From Lingula anatina (taxonomy: Eukaryota; Animalia; Brachiopoda): a stretch of DNA of 64,000 bases. Under the pieces are notes generated by a model. That model had not been told where the DNA came from, searched no databases, and saw only the letters and a program-made list of their open reading frames with translations. The position numbers and the translations under genes are program-made. The DNA lies in NCBI GenBank assembly GCA_051362555.1, contig CM120643.1, forward strand, positions 23,626,848 to 23,690,847, in the 5' to 3' direction. Within the stretch, counting starts at the first letter, position 1. Each line of letters starts with the position of its first letter. Shown here piece by piece: positions 1 to 13,206 of this stretch.

Positions 1-24
1 ATTTTGAAATTTTGTCTTCTCCAG

Positions 25-2461
25 TGTCAGCACACGGCCGAATTGGCGTGAAGAAAGAAAAACAAATATTGAAACATTTGGTGTTGGTTCTGTCAACTAC
101 GGACGCAGGCGTGGCACGCGGGGAGGTTACAGAGGAGGTGGTGGAGGTGGATACAACAGAGGTCGTGGTGGATACAGGGGCGGATATGGTGGATACAACA
201 ACAGGGGCCGGGGAGGTTATAATAACAGCTATGGTAAGTTTGAATATATGTGATGTGGGTTTGTTGGTGGGTTTTGATTATGTGATTTCCTGAGAATTAA
301 TTCCATGCACAAAATGTTTATTGTGCACAGAAAAGTTTCATGTGGCTTTCAATTCTGCAAAAATGAATTTGTAAAACAGTTGTACAATAAATGGATTTTG
401 ATTTTCACCGAATGTGCAAAATGTCGAGCAAGTCTAATTTAATATCTGATCTAACTTTTGTTAAGCTTGATAAGGCCACACTTTTTTATTTTTATGGATG
501 ACATCCTGCGCGCGCACCGATTTTCGTCCGTTCTCAAAAAAAAAAAAAAAATCCCCACCCCCCCCCACCCCACCCCACCCCCCCACCCACCAAGGAAGTC
601 GGTTGTCGCAAACGTCGTTATTGAATTTGCCGGAAAATGCAATTGGCAATCCTCGGCGAATTCCGCAAACTCCATACTGTCATTGTCGACTGCGGAGACA
701 TCCGAGTAGTTCCGAGTGCGGAAAATGAGCTTTCTGTGCATGCGTATTATCCCCACGTGGAAATATGGCGGCTTTGCCGTCAAATTCATCTCTAGCATTA
801 ATTTCAAAATACACGACAATTAAAGTCATAAAGAGAACGGGGGCCGTCGTTTTGGATTGGTTTGCCATTGATGTTGGACATGAAAATATCACCCTTTTAC
901 AATTATACGAAAGGCTGGCCGCGCCCGGAAAATTTCAGTGACATTCTGTCCAAAGCAGCACATACCAGGTTTTTTTGTAGCGAAAAAAGGGTCGACAAGA
1001 GCGTCGTGGTATTTGGTGGACTGAAGGTTGGACAGGCCGCCCGATAGTTGGTTGCTACGTGTGAGTCGAAGTAGACAAAATGGCATCGACCGAAATTACT
1101 TTTTTAGCTTTGGTAGTAGGAAGCATAGGCCTATCTTTGCTTCATTTTTTTAACAATTCTGTGAAGTGTTTACACTGCTTTAATTTTCTGAGAGTAGGCC
1201 TACAAATAAAGACACGCTGTTTATTTGATATTTGTTTTATTGATTGCTATACCAACAGAATGCATGAAATAACCTTAAATAGATTTGGTAATATGCAGCA
1301 TGACTTTTTACCTTTCTACGAAGTAGGCCCTATTCACAGTGCTTTAATATTTTGAGAGCATGGATAAAGACATGTTGTTAGTTTGATACGTGTTTCTGTG
1401 GTAATTTTGTGTTTCCAGCTGTGTACTGAAAACATAACATTTCTTAAGCATTTTTTTTTTTAACCGGTTTTTTTTTTTTTTTTTTTTCGCCCGCTCGCAC
1501 CGACTTTGGGGTCCCCAGAGGATGTCATCCATAAAAATAAAAAAGTGTGGCCTAAGAAGCAAAAAAGGGAAAAGGAGAAAATTGTTGGAATTATTATTAT
1601 CATTATTATTACTACTATTATTATAATTATTTCAAAATATTTGTTGTATCTTTCAGGAGGTCGAGGAGGTAGAGGGGGAAGCAGGCAAGGTGGAGGAGGA
1701 TGGGTGGACTATGAATACACACCCAGGAATGTAAGTAGTCGGCATTTGGTAATACTGGAGATGCCCTTTCTCTGGACTTGCTCTAAAATTGATGCCCTTC
1801 CAGCACAATATTGATGCTTGGGTATTTAACAAACTCAAGAGTTGAACAAAATGTAGGGGTGCATTCCCAATGAAGAGTTGAACAAAATGTAGGGGTGCAT
1901 TCCCAGTGAAACTGTCATTCTACGTAGATTGGTCTGCAGGGACTGTCACTATAAACAATTAGTATCTGATAAAGTGAATGACAGACCTTATTTAACAGCT
2001 AGGGAATGATTAACTTTTATGTGTGTTCCATTGCACTCAAATTAAGTTAAACTGCCTATAAAAGTCGAGTTCACACAAAGCCTTTTTACCCCCTTCTGCT
2101 CAAGGAGGCACGTCATTCAGTTTATCTGACTGCATTCAGCAAGAGTCTCCATGGAGTTAGATCTTGGTAGAAGGATGGTTTCTTTGGGTACATGCCCAAA
2201 GGTAAATTTATTGAGAAAAAGAAGTTAAATATGGGACTTTCTTTTGCATGACTGGAAGGGTTGTGTTGGAAAGGGGGAGTATGATGTGGGCATTATGCCT
2301 GATGATGCTCTTATGACATAGTGGTTTCATATATAACTAATGTTCTATTGTTAAACTTTGAAAAATATTTCTAGATATTTGGTGTAAGCACTGGTACTAG
2401 TAAGCATATTTGATGTTTTTCCATTTTTTCGTTGCAGAGACCTGCTCCTGTAAAGTCATAG
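25..2461 (+). CDS. LSM14: LSM14/RAP55 (Scd6/Trailer hitch family) mRNA-processing-body protein, last three coding exons (5' part outside window)
   Basis: Exons 25-233, 1657-1730 and 2438-2461 (TAG) have GT-AG introns with consistent phases (1, 0). Translation: VSTRPNWREERKTNIETFG (TFG box, cf. human LSM14A RPTWAEERRLNAETFG), RGG/YRGG repeats, then GGWVDYEY (cf. EFADFEY) and RPAPVKS*. Not recovered by the ORF track because it is spliced. Confidence 0.9.
474..1552. mobile_element. Non-autonomous TIR element (PIF/Harbinger-like MITE) in an LSM14 intron
   Basis: Perfect 34-bp TIRs GGCCACACTTTTTTATTTTTATGGATGACATCCT (474-507 / 1519-1552), flanked by TAA on both sides (471-473, 1553-1555). A 3-bp TWA TSD and GG-starting TIRs fit Harbinger. 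No transposase ORF. Confidence 0.85.
1837..1905. repeat. Short tandem duplication (36-bp period, 2 copies)
   Basis: AAGAGTTGAACAAAATGTAGGGGTGCATTCCCA occurs at 1837 and 1873. Confidence 0.9.
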
Positions 2462-3936
2462 TAGAAGAAGGAAGAGGAATGTAATTTACTCATATTTTGA
2501 CCATGCTGAACAAGAAAACTGATCTCTATTCAAGTTCAGGATGAAAAATCTAAAAAAAAATGGATTGTATGAAATACCTTCACATTTCAAGTATTAGGAT
2601 TAAAAAAGTATGAATGAATAGACACAAATGTGATATTCACTGTTCTTTGCAAGGGAAATAAGAAATGAAAAGCAGTGTTTAACAAGTATGTGCACAACAC
2701 TGGGGGAATGACGAAGCATGCTGGGAGAACTTTTCTGTCTGTCAGATTTTCAGGAATGTGCACGATAATCAATCTGATTAGATGACGTTGCTATGATAAT
2801 GCAGGCAGACAGGAGGTCATTGCAGAAAGAATACTGATGCTATTTCAACTCAAAAACGCACCTTTGCAATAAGATTAGGTGTCCTCTGCCTTGCCACCAG
2901 AATTGAGTGATCCTCTCCTCTTCAAATAGATAGGAATGAAGGACTCTCGTCAGAATGGCTTGGAAAGTGAACTAACTGCCCCAGACAATGTAGTTTTCTA
3001 TCCCCGCCGTATGTTGATTTAGTTTCATTGCATTTTGTGTAACATTTTCTTTGTCTTAATGAGGACTTGTGTATGAAGTCCACTTCAGGCTCCACATGGT
3101 TTAAAGAAAAAAACAAACCACCTCGTCACCTGAATAAGTCATTTTAGTAAGTGTGGCGGGGTTATACATGAAGTCAAAGTGGTCAGTTGTTCACTCCTGT
3201 GAGGCGGGGAAAATGTGCCATATTACTGACACTGGGGCATTTTGTTGTTGATTTTGATACATATTGGGTGAACACGACGCAAAGACTTCTTGTATCGGGG
3301 ATGCACAACATGGCTCTGAAAATTTAGACGTAATATCTACCACGAGGGAAAGATGGGACTTGTTTAAAAAAATGTGGTCACCTGAAGCGATTTTAGTAAG
3401 CGTGATCACAAAGGCACAGGGCGCTGCAGTTTTTGGTAGAATTGAACAATGAACCTTTTGTTGTCATTTGAGAGCTTCAAGCTTGCTTAGGCATTGTCCA
3501 AATGACTAGACTGGCTAAATGTCAATTTGATGTCAGATACTGGAGAAATACACTGTCAAATAAGAATTTGTTATCAAATCCAAGTGTTGCAGAATAAGTA
3601 GTAAATTATTTGCAGATAAAGACCTAGGCTCAAGTTACAAGTGGCGAAAATATAAATTCATTTTGCTTTTCTGAATTTGGATAGCTGTCCCCTTTCATTT
3701 CACCAAGTTGGTCACCAGAAATGCCGAAGAAATTGCAATTTTTTTTAAGTTAGTGAGCTAATGAACTTGAATTCTACATTTTCCAGGCTACTATATGAAG
3801 CTTTCACTCCCTTCCATCTTTGTCAAGTGCAATAGGACGGTGACCTAGAATTAAGAACTTGGTGAACACTTTTGGGGAAAATTTGAGGCTTTTTACTTGT
3901 GGTTGGAAAAATGCAAAGTTGAGGAGATAACGAGAC

Positions 3937-3942
3937 AATAAA
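3937..3942 (+). terminator. Candidate polyadenylation signal of LSM14
   Basis: AATAAA ~1.5 kb after the stop, followed by a GT/T-rich tract (gtagtttgttttcatttttg) ~30 bp downstream. Confidence 0.45.
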
Positions 3943-5756
3943 ATACTATTTGCTATCAAGATTAACAGTAGTTTGTTTTCATTTTTGAATACGCTTCATA
4001 GTAGTCGAGTGATAAACATATATCTCAAACAAATCGTGATTAAATAAGTAAGAAAATCAAGCCAAAATGTTAAAAGTGACGTCCATGATTAAATATCTGG
4101 AAAAGGGTATTAAAAGTTGGTAATTATAAGTTTCAGGTTTATTTCACTTATTCAAAAAGTACAAGCCTACCAAGGCACCGCTAAACCGAAACCCCGAGTA
4201 TTGTCCGTTTAAAATGAAGAACTTCGTCGTTTCTTCAAATTGAAAGCACATCTCACCTGGAAGCAAGTTACAAGTCGGTGTAAAATATTGCGTTTAACAA
4301 AACCATTTAGACCTATCGTTTTGGAAAGTAACTATATACTTCCAATCTGATAACTGTAAGCATGAAGAAATGCCCATTTTCCATTTAGGGTGCATGCATA
4401 TTTCACGTGATACAGATAGATAAATTCTTTTAAAAGGCAAATCATTATGCCCGTACCGACGTAACCAGGTAGCACAAAAGCCATTGGAGATGTGCTGCTT
4501 GCAAGCGAAGTGAATACGGCTATTTTCTTTTGAGTGAAATAGACGATATTAATAATGATAGTTGCGTCGCATTTGGCCTTTTTAGGCATGAAATACAGTT
4601 ACATGTACATTTTTTCACAGAAAAACATTCAGACTAGAAAACGAGGTAAGATGCTGCTTTTTTAGCTATAGCAGAATAAAATTCGAAAACTCGGCTGTTG
4701 GTTTCAATATATTTGTCCTTTACACCCAGTAAAGCTTTTTATTACTTTGTTCTGTATCAATCAAAGATTCCATGTGGCTTCTTTAAAGTTTAGTTTTAGA
4801 AGTATAAGAAGTTATAGTTTTAGAATCTATTTTACAAATTTTGGCAATATCACTCGTCAAGAAGATTCAGTTTAAAACGTTAAGTCCTGATAACTAGGAA
4901 CGAGGTTTCAATTACTTCATATCGTGGGTATGCTCAGATCAAAATGAATTTATATCTGAGAGTCTTGTACTTTTTATCAGTTTCCCTTTATTGAATGTTT
5001 AAGGTTCGGGCTCTTTTCTGGAAGGAAGACACGATGCTTCCGATTCTGGGAGGTGGAGGATTCGGTGCACAGTGTACAAGGTATTGCGCACATCATGATA
5101 AACAAACTAAAGCTATAATGGGATAGCGGGAGTGGCAAAAGTAGTAGCATTGGTACGAACAGTCATGGCATTAATCATAATTTTAGATTTTTAAAGAAAT
5201 AGCAAAGAGCAATATGTGTTAAAAGTGATTAATCATGTAGTAATGTTTTCAGTTTATCTTTGCTATTATTATTTACGTACGTGACATTCCACCAACCGTT
5301 CGAAATATTTTTCGTTTAGTTTAAAAACAACCTAGTATTGAAGGTACCAACCTCTGAGGCCTATGGAAGGTCCATATACAGTGAAGTTTCTTTTATGAAG
5401 AGGATTGACAGTAAATTTATCTTAAGGTTTTTTATCAGTTGAAGACAAACAATTTGATATGTTGAATGATATGTAAGAGAGCATTCACATCGAGAAGAGC
5501 CGAGGTCCAACAAGGCCGAGACCTAAATATGGCGGACCTACATGAAAGGAAACCCGCATAATCCTTTAATGGTCTCTCCGCCTCACACACGCCTCCCCAC
5601 GCGTTGTCCCTGCGGGAGTACTCCGTTTTGGACTGAATTGCCAACTAGAGCAGAAGCCAGAAGAAAAATCTTCCAAGGCACCATCATTTACACAGATGCA
5701 GAGCATGTCTTCAGGGATCTGATTGTCAGATTAGTCTTAGTCTGGTAGTACATTAA

Positions 5757-6005
5757 GGGAGCGTTCCCATAAACCCATCCTCCTAACTGGATCAATCTAA
5801 TTCTGCGGGGATTTTAGCTTAATTGCATTCAGTGTGAGCAGCTTAAATGCCTGACACGCCTACTGAAGCTGCTAGGGGGTAAAACGATAATCAATAACCC
5901 CCTTGTTAGTCAAGGGGTCCAGCCAAACAATTAAGCTGATAATACTAAAAGCCCCGCAGAGTTAGATCGCTCCTGCTATTACGATGGGTTTTTGGGAACG
6001 CAGTC
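5757..6005. mobile_element. Palindromic MITE (Harbinger-like)
   Basis: Imperfect TIRs GCGTTCCCATAAACCCATC / GATGGGTTTTTGGGAACGC, with further internal inverted matches (tctaattctgcgggg / ccccgcagagttaga). Flanks TAA/TAT. Shares the internal motif gcttaaatg..tg..acgcctac with the 6897-7513 element. Confidence 0.65.
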
Positions 6006-6896
6006 TATGACAACTTCATGAATATGTGCGGTAAAAAATATAATGAACAGCTCTGTCCCTAGCCTTTAAAGCACCGGTCTGTCTAAATACACAAAAGTAC
6101 ATTATGCACTTTTTCAACTGTCGTGTTAACTTTGTAGAAAGCGTTTTTCGTCTTTTTCGTCAGTTTCCATTGTCCCCAGTTGGTCTCACATTGAACTTCC
6201 AACACGATTTGAACTATTTATCTCTATTTCATTTCAGCAACGTGGACCAAAGAATTGACAGCATGACTGGCCTGTGAAGCCATCGTTATGAATATCATCA
6301 GTGTTTTTTTTTCTTTTTACAAGGCTCCTTATAACTAACAGTTTTTATCAAACTTTTTTTAGGCATGTCTTTAAAGTTTTTATTTATTTATATATTTCAT
6401 TTATTATTATTATTATTTTCATCCATTCACTTTTTTGCCTTTTTACCTGTTATTATTTTACATTTTTTCACGTAAATTCAGTTGGCTCTGTGACTACTAC
6501 GTGAATAATTTTCTAACCGATATGGGCACCTCTCCCATTTTAGACATTGCACAGGTAACGCCTTGGTTTATTACACTGACCGCTTCTAATAAAGCAAATA
6601 CTCGATTATTTCTAAAGTGAACCTTTACAGACTTCAAGCAATTTGTACGTGTACATAAGTCAAAATATCCAGATGTGAATGACCTACTGTACATGTATAT
6701 AACGGAAGGAGATAGAATCTGTTTTCCGTTCACATTCTCTTTTAAAAGCATCCCATGCATGTGATGTTGAGATATACTGTAGTTTACTGAGTAAGTTAAT
6801 ATAATGCAGCGTTTTTCGTCATGACAGGAAGTGTTGGCGGAAGAACAGCTGGAGATGGGTCCTCTGACTGCAAACATCAATATTGTTGACAATGGG

Positions 6897-7513
6897 GACT
6901 GGGTTCCCATGCCTAGATCTATCCATCTGGATCGACCTAACTCCCTGGGGGTTCATGCTAAATTGCTATCAGCTGAAGAGGCTTAAATGTCTGTAACGCC
7001 TACCGAATCAGCTGTGGGGGTAATTAACTTTCTTGCACGCTCGGCCTCGCCGAGAGCAGATAGCAATTTAGTGAGACTCCCCGTGGAGATAGATCGACCC
7101 AAATATCCGTGGGAATGGTCTACTAACCGACTTAAACGTCTGTCACGCCTAGTAAAGCTGTTAGGGGGTAATTATCTTTACCCCTAGCTGATTCGGTAGG
7201 CGTGGCAGACATGTAAGCCTCTTCAGCTGACAGCAATTTAGCGTGAACCCCCAGGGAGTTAGTTCGATCCAGATGGATCGATCTTAGACTGGGTTTCCAC
7301 AAATTTAGATTGATCTATCTGGATTGCTGTCAGCTTCCGGGAGCCGAGCGCGCACAAAAGTTAATTACAAAAGTTAATTACCCCCTTACAGCTTTTAGTA
7401 GGCGGGACAGACATTTAAGCCGGTTAAGCTGACAGCAATCTAGTGAGACTCCCCAGGGGGATAGATCTATCTAAATATCTGTGGGAATGGTCTCTAAGTA
7501 TGGGAACCCAGTC
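6897..7513. mobile_element. Compound MITE of nested inverted modules
   Basis: Terminal IR GACTGGGTTCCCAT / ATGGGAACCCAGTC. Internal ~100-bp inverted pair (~6914-7013 vs ~7185-7286). A second GACTGGGTTTCCA terminus-like sequence at ~7287 suggests two joined units. Confidence 0.7.
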
Positions 7514-8265
7514 TGAGGGACTGCCGTAGACCACCGGCTGCTTCAATACTTCCCTCAAGTTTCACGCTTCATTTTTAAGTAGCCCACTCTACAGCCGACT
7601 CCATGAAACAAACTATCCACTTCATTACATATATGTATAGCCTACGGCTTTATAACTTTAGCCTACAGCAGATAAGAACAATTAATTAATTATCTGCTAC
7701 AGCATCAGTTTAAGTAAATTATGAAAAAAAAATAAGTGAATGCTCCTAATTCAAGTTTTCCTTATTCCCGCAAAATATGCAGCTTTAAATTATCTTAGGT
7801 TAAAAAAAACTGAAAGTCATTTTTAAAAAATTAAAATAGAATTAGTTCATGAAGACAACGTTTCTTTTGTAAGTGTACAGAATCAGTGATCATTTTCTTA
7901 AATAACATAATCATGTGCGTACATTTCTTATAATTACTATATTGTAAATTGTTTTATGATAACTTAAACAAAAAAGATGACTAAATTATTGAAACTTTAA
8001 TTCCTCTCTTCTAAAGGCCTATCTTTCTCAGTAGTTTCTAATTTTCAGAGGGTGGGTGATTTTGGGTAATGTAAAGAATTCTTACTCCCCCACCCGTCCC
8101 CTATAGATTACACGGTCTCCTAAAAAATCGACGGGATTGGCTGACGGGGTCATGTGATATGTTTACATGTATTTTCATATCATACATATTTATATGGACT
8201 TTACACCACCGGCATAAAGTTCCAATCATATTCAAAAGTCCCCCAGACCAAGAAGTGGATTGATT

Positions 8266-11200
8266 ATGCCAACGACACCGTATTCTCCTGCCCTGAAAGG
8301 GTTGACAGTCACCCTGGTCTTATTAGAGGTGGGACTGTACAGCATCAGCGTGGCAGGATGGCCGTCTCTTGTCTACATCTTCAGAGACTCGGGGTTCTAC
8401 TCCGACCTCTGTGTTTTTAACTCGACGGTGGACTCTGGAGCTTCAACTGAGAAGGAGAACGAACACAATCAAAACCACTGTTCGGTACAGGAGGAAATTT
8501 TGAACCTGGTTTTTACGGTGGCTGTGTCGGCGCAGATACTGATGCCCACACTGGGCTATTTTTACGATCACTTTGGATTGTTGTGTGTGCGGCTAGTTAG
8601 CATGTAAGTCCGGGTCTTACTAAATGTAGACAGATCTGATACAGTTGTATTCATGTGTGGTTATGATTTATATATAAATATTTATATTTAGACGAATATA
8701 AGCACAGAAAAAGGTCAGATTGAACCTATTAGGAATTTTGTTTTTAAGACCCAGCAACGAAATAAAACGAAATGAAATGTACAATATATAGATAAAATAA
8801 GGCAAAATGTTATTTTTGTCAAGCTTTTTTCTGTTAATCCTAAAGTCTAATTTAAAACTATTTTAAAATTTCACATTTGATGTAGGAGAAGACAATTGCT
8901 CAATGCTGAAAAGCTCTATTTTCTGATTCAAGTCAATGGGCCGCTTCTCCACGTTAATAAAACACTGAGTTTTATGATAAAACAACAGTTTAGGAGCGAT
9001 TTCTTTCTTGACCGATCTTGCGAGTTTGGACACGTGTCACCAGACTCGCGTGACCAGCCAAGAGAGCCTGGACACGTGTTTGATTAACCTCCATTTTAAG
9101 GGAGTGAAGTGCAATTGAAATGGACTGGAAATAAGATCTCTGGGGGCTTTGAAGGAGGGGAGCAAATAATTATATGTGTGTTGTTTACTGCATATAGATA
9201 ATTTAATGGTACGCAGCGGATGAGCTTCTTTTTGTCCACTTCAGAGCACGATTGGCTGTCACCTTGATATGTTAGTTTTAAAATTCGAAAACCACAGAAA
9301 ACGAGTATATATCACCACATAATATTTCTGTTTTAATAATGAAAATTAACAATAACAATATGGCGCTTACGTGGTGAATTTATTAAATTCGCAAAAAATC
9401 TTACCGATGCTGCTCGAGATATTGATAAATGGAATATTGGTGTAGTACTATAAATTCATTTTATGCGGTTTTATATTTCCTGCATCGTTCAAGATGACAG
9501 CCGAGCCTGTTTCTGAGTATCGTTCGAGAAATAGCGTTAGCCTGTAATGGCATGTAGACAATTTTGGCTTGTGGGTGGGTGAAGGTGTTACATAATGAAT
9601 CAGAATGTTGTTTGTTGATATTGTTCTCTTTCCGTGACAAGGTGACAAAAACATAATAGTGACTACTAGGGCAATCCTATTGGAAAACCACTTGTCTACT
9701 AGGGCTATTGGGGGAAACTGCCGATGGATTTATTCACATAAGTTCATCCGTCTATTCACTAGCTGTGAACATTTCTGAGTTTTTGCACAACATTTACGTC
9801 AAAGCTCAGCTGAGCTGTTGTCGAGAGTACCCCTCATACACTTCACGCTCTGTTAACCCTAACTTCATCACGGATATGATGTAAGGTCGCGTTCAGAACA
9901 GGTGATCCTCGGATCTACTGGTCTGCCGATTAAATATGGCGGACCATTCATGAAAGCAAGACCGCCTAATTCCTTAAATATGTTCCCTCCTCCACACATG
10001 CCCTCCTTGCAGGGGCCTTGCAATTAAACCTTGAAGCCGAAATTTGATCCGTATGGAGGCGGGGAGACCATTAAAGGAGAAGCCGGTCTTGCTTCCATGT
10101 AGAGTCCGCCATATTTGATCCGTGGACCAGTAGCTCCAAGGATCATTTGTTCTGAATGCGATCTAAGAAGTCGCGTTTTAGTCAATATCCACAATGAACA
10201 GACCCTTCAAGTGCCTAAGACTTACTTAAAGTATAGTTTACGATATATCAGTAATTAACCTATTCTTTAGCCGTTATTGACTTTATTCTATTTTTTTCTG
10301 CAGAGTTTTAAGTGTGGGTGGATGTCTTCTGATGGCCTTCTCCGAGCCAGGTAATGATTTTATATTGGCATCACCTGTATATTACTTTAATATATAACTT
10401 TAGCAAAGAGACGTGAACCATTTAACGGTTACACAAAAGTACAGAAAATTTCAAAACGGATAGCATGAAAAAATAAATACAGCAGAAATAAGGCAGAAAC
10501 AGATTTTTAGATTTCACCTTTACTGTATATGCAGTTATTCTTAGCTGACCTTGAAATCTTATTCTTTCAATTGCATCATCTTTATTTGATAAGACTAAAC
10601 ATCCTTTGGGCGTCGGTGTTTAAATCGTAAAAACAAGATCATTAAACAGCTTTATGAATCATAATTCGTTTCCTGCTTTGTTTCGTTCCAGGGTTAGAAT
10701 GGCTCTTGTTTCCAGGGGCTACTCTTCATCTATTTGGAGGCAATATGCTTATGACATCAGATATGCAGCTGGCGTCGCTATTCCCAACAAAGAAATCCAC
10801 CATAGGTGCCCTTGTCTCTGGTGCAGCCGATATGAGCTCTTTCAGTTTTTTGTTGGTTAAGGTATATATGAAAATGTGCGTCTGCACCACCAATTTTTTC
10901 GGATTAAATTCCTTGTGTGGTAAAGTACAGTAAACATAACACCACAACGGGTGCTTTTTGAGCGAATGGGAAATTTGTGGCAATCCTTCAAAATCAGAAA
11001 CCCTATCAAATTGTGTCGATGAAAATTGCAACATATACAGAGTTCCAAAATATTGGTACTTATAATGCATTTATCTTCGTTTACCATGTTATTAACTATA
11101 GAATAAACTTTAAGATCAGACCCGTTGGGAACGATAATGAAAATACGCAGAATACGCCTTAATGCCAACAGTTTCATTTGGTAATTTGTTACAGCTACAC

Positions 11201-12554
11201 GGGTTATTTGACATCAACGTGGATATATCCCAATCAACGGGATCTATTTCTTTCAAACTCTTCCAGTTAGCCTATGATGCGGGGTTTCCCTACCGCCTTT
11301 CATTTATTGCTATGGGTTGTGGGACGTTTATCATCGCAACTGCTACCTCGATTGTGCTGCCACCTCGTGAGGCAGTGCCTGACAGATCTGAAGAGGGTAA
11401 AGGCATTGGTAATGTAGGCCATTCTGGGTGCCTGGTGCCTGGCAGCGCGCCCAGCGATGCTGAGGCAGTAAAGGTGAAAAGTAGAACCAAATTATATAAG
11501 GCTCTTCAAAGGTTGACTTTAAGAACAATAATTGTAGAGCATGGTGAAAAAATTCAATCCAGAATCCGGTAAAAATTATTAATTGTAGGAATAGTAACAC
11601 AGAGTAATAACGTATAAATAAAGAGTATATACTGTAAATATAATATAGTTTTTATCATCATTTCTTCTCATATACCATTAGAAGACAAACAACAGCGGCG
11701 AGTTCGGAGTGAGTCCTTCGTATGATAACAAAGCACTGGAAGCTGATTCAGAAATTGGTAGATACATCCACCAAGAATGGGGTGCGCATAATGACATGCC
11801 TTCTGATGATCCGGCGAATTTAACGAGGCTTGCAACACTCTGGAAGACTGTGCAAACTGAAGGAAACCTAAAACAGCCTTGTCTGAGCGTTGCCGTGATT
11901 TCTGTTCAGCATCAACCATCCGCAAAAGGCGTTGGTCCATCGGGGGCAGAGCTTGTGGGACTTGGCGTAGATGAACCAATTCCCAAGGAAAGCAAAACCA
12001 ACATTGAACCAACCAGCGTTGAAGAATATATTCCATTCAGTTCTGTTTTGAAGAGCCCCATGTTCTGGTTGACAGAACTTTGGTTTTCCTGTAGTTTCCT
12101 CATTTTGAACGCATATTTTGGCAGTTTCAACGCACTACTGGAATATAGGTCGAATGGCGATCTTAATGCAAGCAAGTACAATTTTCGCCTCAGTCTGTTT
12201 GAATTTATATAACATACATATCATTTATATTATCCCCTCGGAATCCAGATTCCTCCACCGAAACATTTATGTAAATATATTAAAGATGCATTGAAAACAT
12301 TAAAAATAGTATATCTCTATTATGGTTTGTATTTTTCAAAATGCTTTATTTAAACTATTAAACTTACTTCGTTGATTTTTGAGATATGCAATTTAGTAAA
12401 AGATTTGGGTTTTAGTCTTTTTGTTCTTTTATTTTTACTCAGTAAGCCAATATACCAACGTGTTTGGCTACCTCCAGCTTGCATCTAGTGTTCCCCTTGC
12501 TTTAGTAGCTGGGCATTTAGTTGACATGCAACACAGTGGCCGGGGTATGATTCA

Positions 12555-12593
<39 letters not shown>

Positions 12594-13164
12594 GATAAAC
12601 GATAGGCACATACTCAATAATAGCCTAGTTACTCCAAAAGTAGCATTATACACAGAATACGATGGAGTTAATAAATTTGCATCCGTACAAAAACAATGAA
12701 ATGTAAATTAAATACTTTGTAAAGTTACCGAAAAATACTAAACATGAAAATCAAACATATTATTCTTTCAGCGGAACCTAGAGTATTTATTGGCTGCTTC
12801 GTGGTCACGTGTGTGTCAGGACTCCTGCTGTGGGTGACATGCGCAGTGCCGATACTGGAGATACAGTATTTGTCGATGCTGCTTCATTGTACACTACGGA
12901 CCTTCACATTCGGAGCGCACATTACATTTATCGCATATGCGTGAGTACTTCTAAATCGTTATTGTAGTTGGTCTACTTGATACATTGTATATGGAAACAA
13001 AATGATAAAATTCTACGAAGTCTTGTATTTTTTATGATCAATACACACAATTGCACAAAAGGAAAATTACGAAAAGGTTGCAGTTTTGTATCTATCAAAA
13101 ACGAGCTTTGGCAAAATAATGGTTTATATTAATTATGTATTGGTAAAACAGTATTTTGCTTTGT

Positions 13165-13206
<42 letters not shown>

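Noticed and set aside
12-293. 93-aa ORF-track call (MSSPVSAH...)
   Set aside because: Wrong frame; the real exon (25-233) is the overlapping LSM14 TFG/RGG frame bounded by splice sites.
451-1562. Cluster of short ORFs rich in K/P/G/F
   Set aside because: Products of poly-A/poly-C runs inside the Harbinger-like MITE; no transposase motifs.
2280-2330. TGATGA-like motifs in an LSM14 intron, possible C/D snoRNA
   Set aside because: No properly spaced CTGA D box with a terminal stem found.
4154-4990. 12-bp inverted repeat AAAAAGTACAAG / CTTGTACTTTTT, possible Kolobok-like element
   Set aside because: The left terminus and a TTAA TSD could not be located; too weak to annotate.
5005-7581. Scattered exon-like pieces (5005-5080, 6238-6301, 6828-6896 continuing after 7513) that might be a decayed gene or transposase
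   Set aside because: No consistent reading frame or recognisable motif could be assembled by eye; needs BLASTx.
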